Part shown: piece after piece, positions 62,017 to 64,000 of the stretch
Layout: the number at the start of each line of letters is the position of its first letter
How positions within the stretch are numbered: the stretch's first letter is position 1
Source: Chlorokybus atmophyticus
Taxonomy: Eukaryota; Plantae; Mesostigma and Chlorokybus algae
Assembly (NCBI GenBank): GCA_009103225.1
Contig: RHPI01002368.1
Span: 711,397 to 775,396, forward strand
Reading direction: 5' to 3'
DNA: 64,000 nt
Notes under the pieces: model-generated
What the model saw: the letters and a program-made list of their open reading frames with translations, nothing else
The model's database searches: none
What the model was told of the DNA's origin: nothing
Program-made: the position numbers and the translations under genes

Positions 62017-64000
62017 GTGAGATAGCGTAGCACATTTAACTTGGGTAGGTCAAGTTATATTGTTTTCTACTTATTAGGCTAGGGGTAGTGTTGCTTCTTA
62101 CAATGCCACCAATATTCTTGTATGCAGTAAACTCAAATGACTAAATTTAACCCTCTCTTGTGCGGTGCTATGCGAGTGTAGCATGCATCTGTGTCACAAA
62201 TGATAGGTAAGTATTGGTCATGCTAGGGTGGGAGAGAGTGCAAGGTTGATCAAACCATATATGTTCATTAGTGTAGGTGTTACCCACCATGCAACAACAT
62301 AAATTGCTTGCTCGATTATTACTTTCCATGTATGCAGGAGTAACAACCATACACCCCACAATTCTCAACAATGTCATGCATGTGTCAATCTAATCACACG
62401 TCAACACATCTACTTAATTGCACACAAGGAAGCAAGGTAAAGACACCATACACTATCAATGATAGTTGGCATCATCACACACTATGCATGACTGTGGTGT
62501 TGTATCAACACCCTGGACACACACCGCCAAAGCATGGTGCCCTAGCCTTTAGAGCAAGAGCATTGTGTTGTTGTCACCTCCTTGACAAGCGTAAGCAGCT
62601 ACAACAGCTATATCTCATCGTATTTGTTTATGCATTTCAGGCCAAAAACGTTGCAAATAATAAGTGTCATCAAAGCAACTTTGAAGTCTCATTTAAATGT
62701 ATAATACTGAACGTGTAACACAGCGCATATATGCTACAAGAATTGTCCAACACTGTAAAGGTGCTGCAAGACAGCGAAGCGTTTACCGCACGCTGATGTT
62801 TAAAGTGGCACTTTCAATGACATTAATGCTTGACAATTCAACTCGTGTGGCAGGGGGCGCGGGCCTTGTCACAGAGGCTCCGCCGCTGTCACGGGGTATT
62901 CCTCTGCGATGATTGGTTGGGTAGACTTGCTTATACCGGGGTGAAGAGCATCCACGCGCTGCAGTTGATAAGCAATTACGAATTAGCGCTCATCACTTGC
63001 AGAGTTGATCTTGATATATATGATCTTGTTATGTTGACATCAACATCTGATGCGGCGTTGCAATGAAGGGAGAACAATTTGTTGACATCTGGCCATCATC
63101 ACAACATGTAAATGACTCGATTTTCTTAGCCGCAGCTACAACGGTGGCATTTAATCTTATTGTTAATTCGCATATGCTGGAGACTTTTAGAAGTCTTTAT
63201 GAAATCAAGCATAATCAAATTCAGTATTTAACAATGCTTGTTATAAAGTTTGCTGTGTCAACTTAAATGGGATGGGATGGGACGGGTAATCAATTATAAA
63301 TACATTAACTGAAAGTTGCATTGAAACGTTGATTAGATATCCGTTCATGAGTTGTTTTACAGCGTGAAAAATTGACACAATTATCAGTATAGCTCGCTTT
63401 TGTTATATCTGCAGACATTGCTATTGAGATCATCAGTGACCACTTCTTAATAACAGACGCTTGTGCAGCTTGCCCTTGGTCAAGGGCTTGATATGCTTAA
63501 GACCTTATGAGATCTAAGTTTATTAAACTATATGGCACGAGTGACTTGCATAAGGCTGCTTGGTTGCAACACCGCAACATGCTGCCGCGTGCAAGGCTGC
63601 TATATGGCTTTCGCAAACTGGAACCACACACATCTTGGTTGGCAAATCTTACGTGTATGAAAAAGACATTGTATATTCTTACAATATGATGTAAAATACA
63701 AGCGTAATCCGCACCTTGATATATGTATGACTTAATCAAGTCGATAAATAAGATTGTGAAGATAACATTACGCACTATTTTCACCCTCACAAGTTTTTGC
63801 ATCCGCTTGCCATTGCATTGTTGAAGTTTACACCTTGATCTCCACAACATCACTACAAGCTAAGCTAATCTTACTTAGGTTACTTACCTATGTTAGTTAC
63901 AACAATGGAGTTCATGATCTTAAGCTTGCCTTCAATTTGTTTACTCTTTCTCAATTGAGACGGATGCAACAACAAATACAACCAGATTAAAACATGCATC

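Noticed and set aside
62100-64000. Short ORFs after the fibre-like gene, including a faint ankyrin-like LHKAAW
   Set aside because: They are short, AT-rich and stop-ridden, with no supported motif. No viral hallmark gene could be recognised.

Overview
Eukaryotic nuclear DNA, probably a green alga or early streptophyte (inferred from plant-like VAP, eIF3k and Nup54 and from short, microsatellite-rich spliceosomal introns). About 1-44.4 kb is gene-dense. It holds tRNA-Glu(CTC), an unknown coiled-coil gene, acetyl-CoA synthetase, an AIFM2/FSP1-like oxidoreductase, an AT-hook/coiled-coil gene, OGG1, eIF3k, Nup54, an EB1-like gene, VAP, an aldo-keto reductase and a HEATR6-like gene. Three of these gene pairs are tightly head-to-head. 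About 47-55.6 kb is a nest of decayed retroelements: a DIRS-type element with a methyltransferase-like domain, and Copia pieces with a further 538-bp insertion. About 55.8-62 kb is an intronless, frameshifted pseudogene for a very large Gly/Ser/Ala-rich, beta-fibre-like protein with five Cys-rich modules, possibly of viral or horizontal origin. Other oddities are six GC-AG introns in six genes, 19 GATATC sites in 3.7 kb of one gene, and a stop-free poly-Val intron. All exon structures and family calls were made by eye, without database searches.
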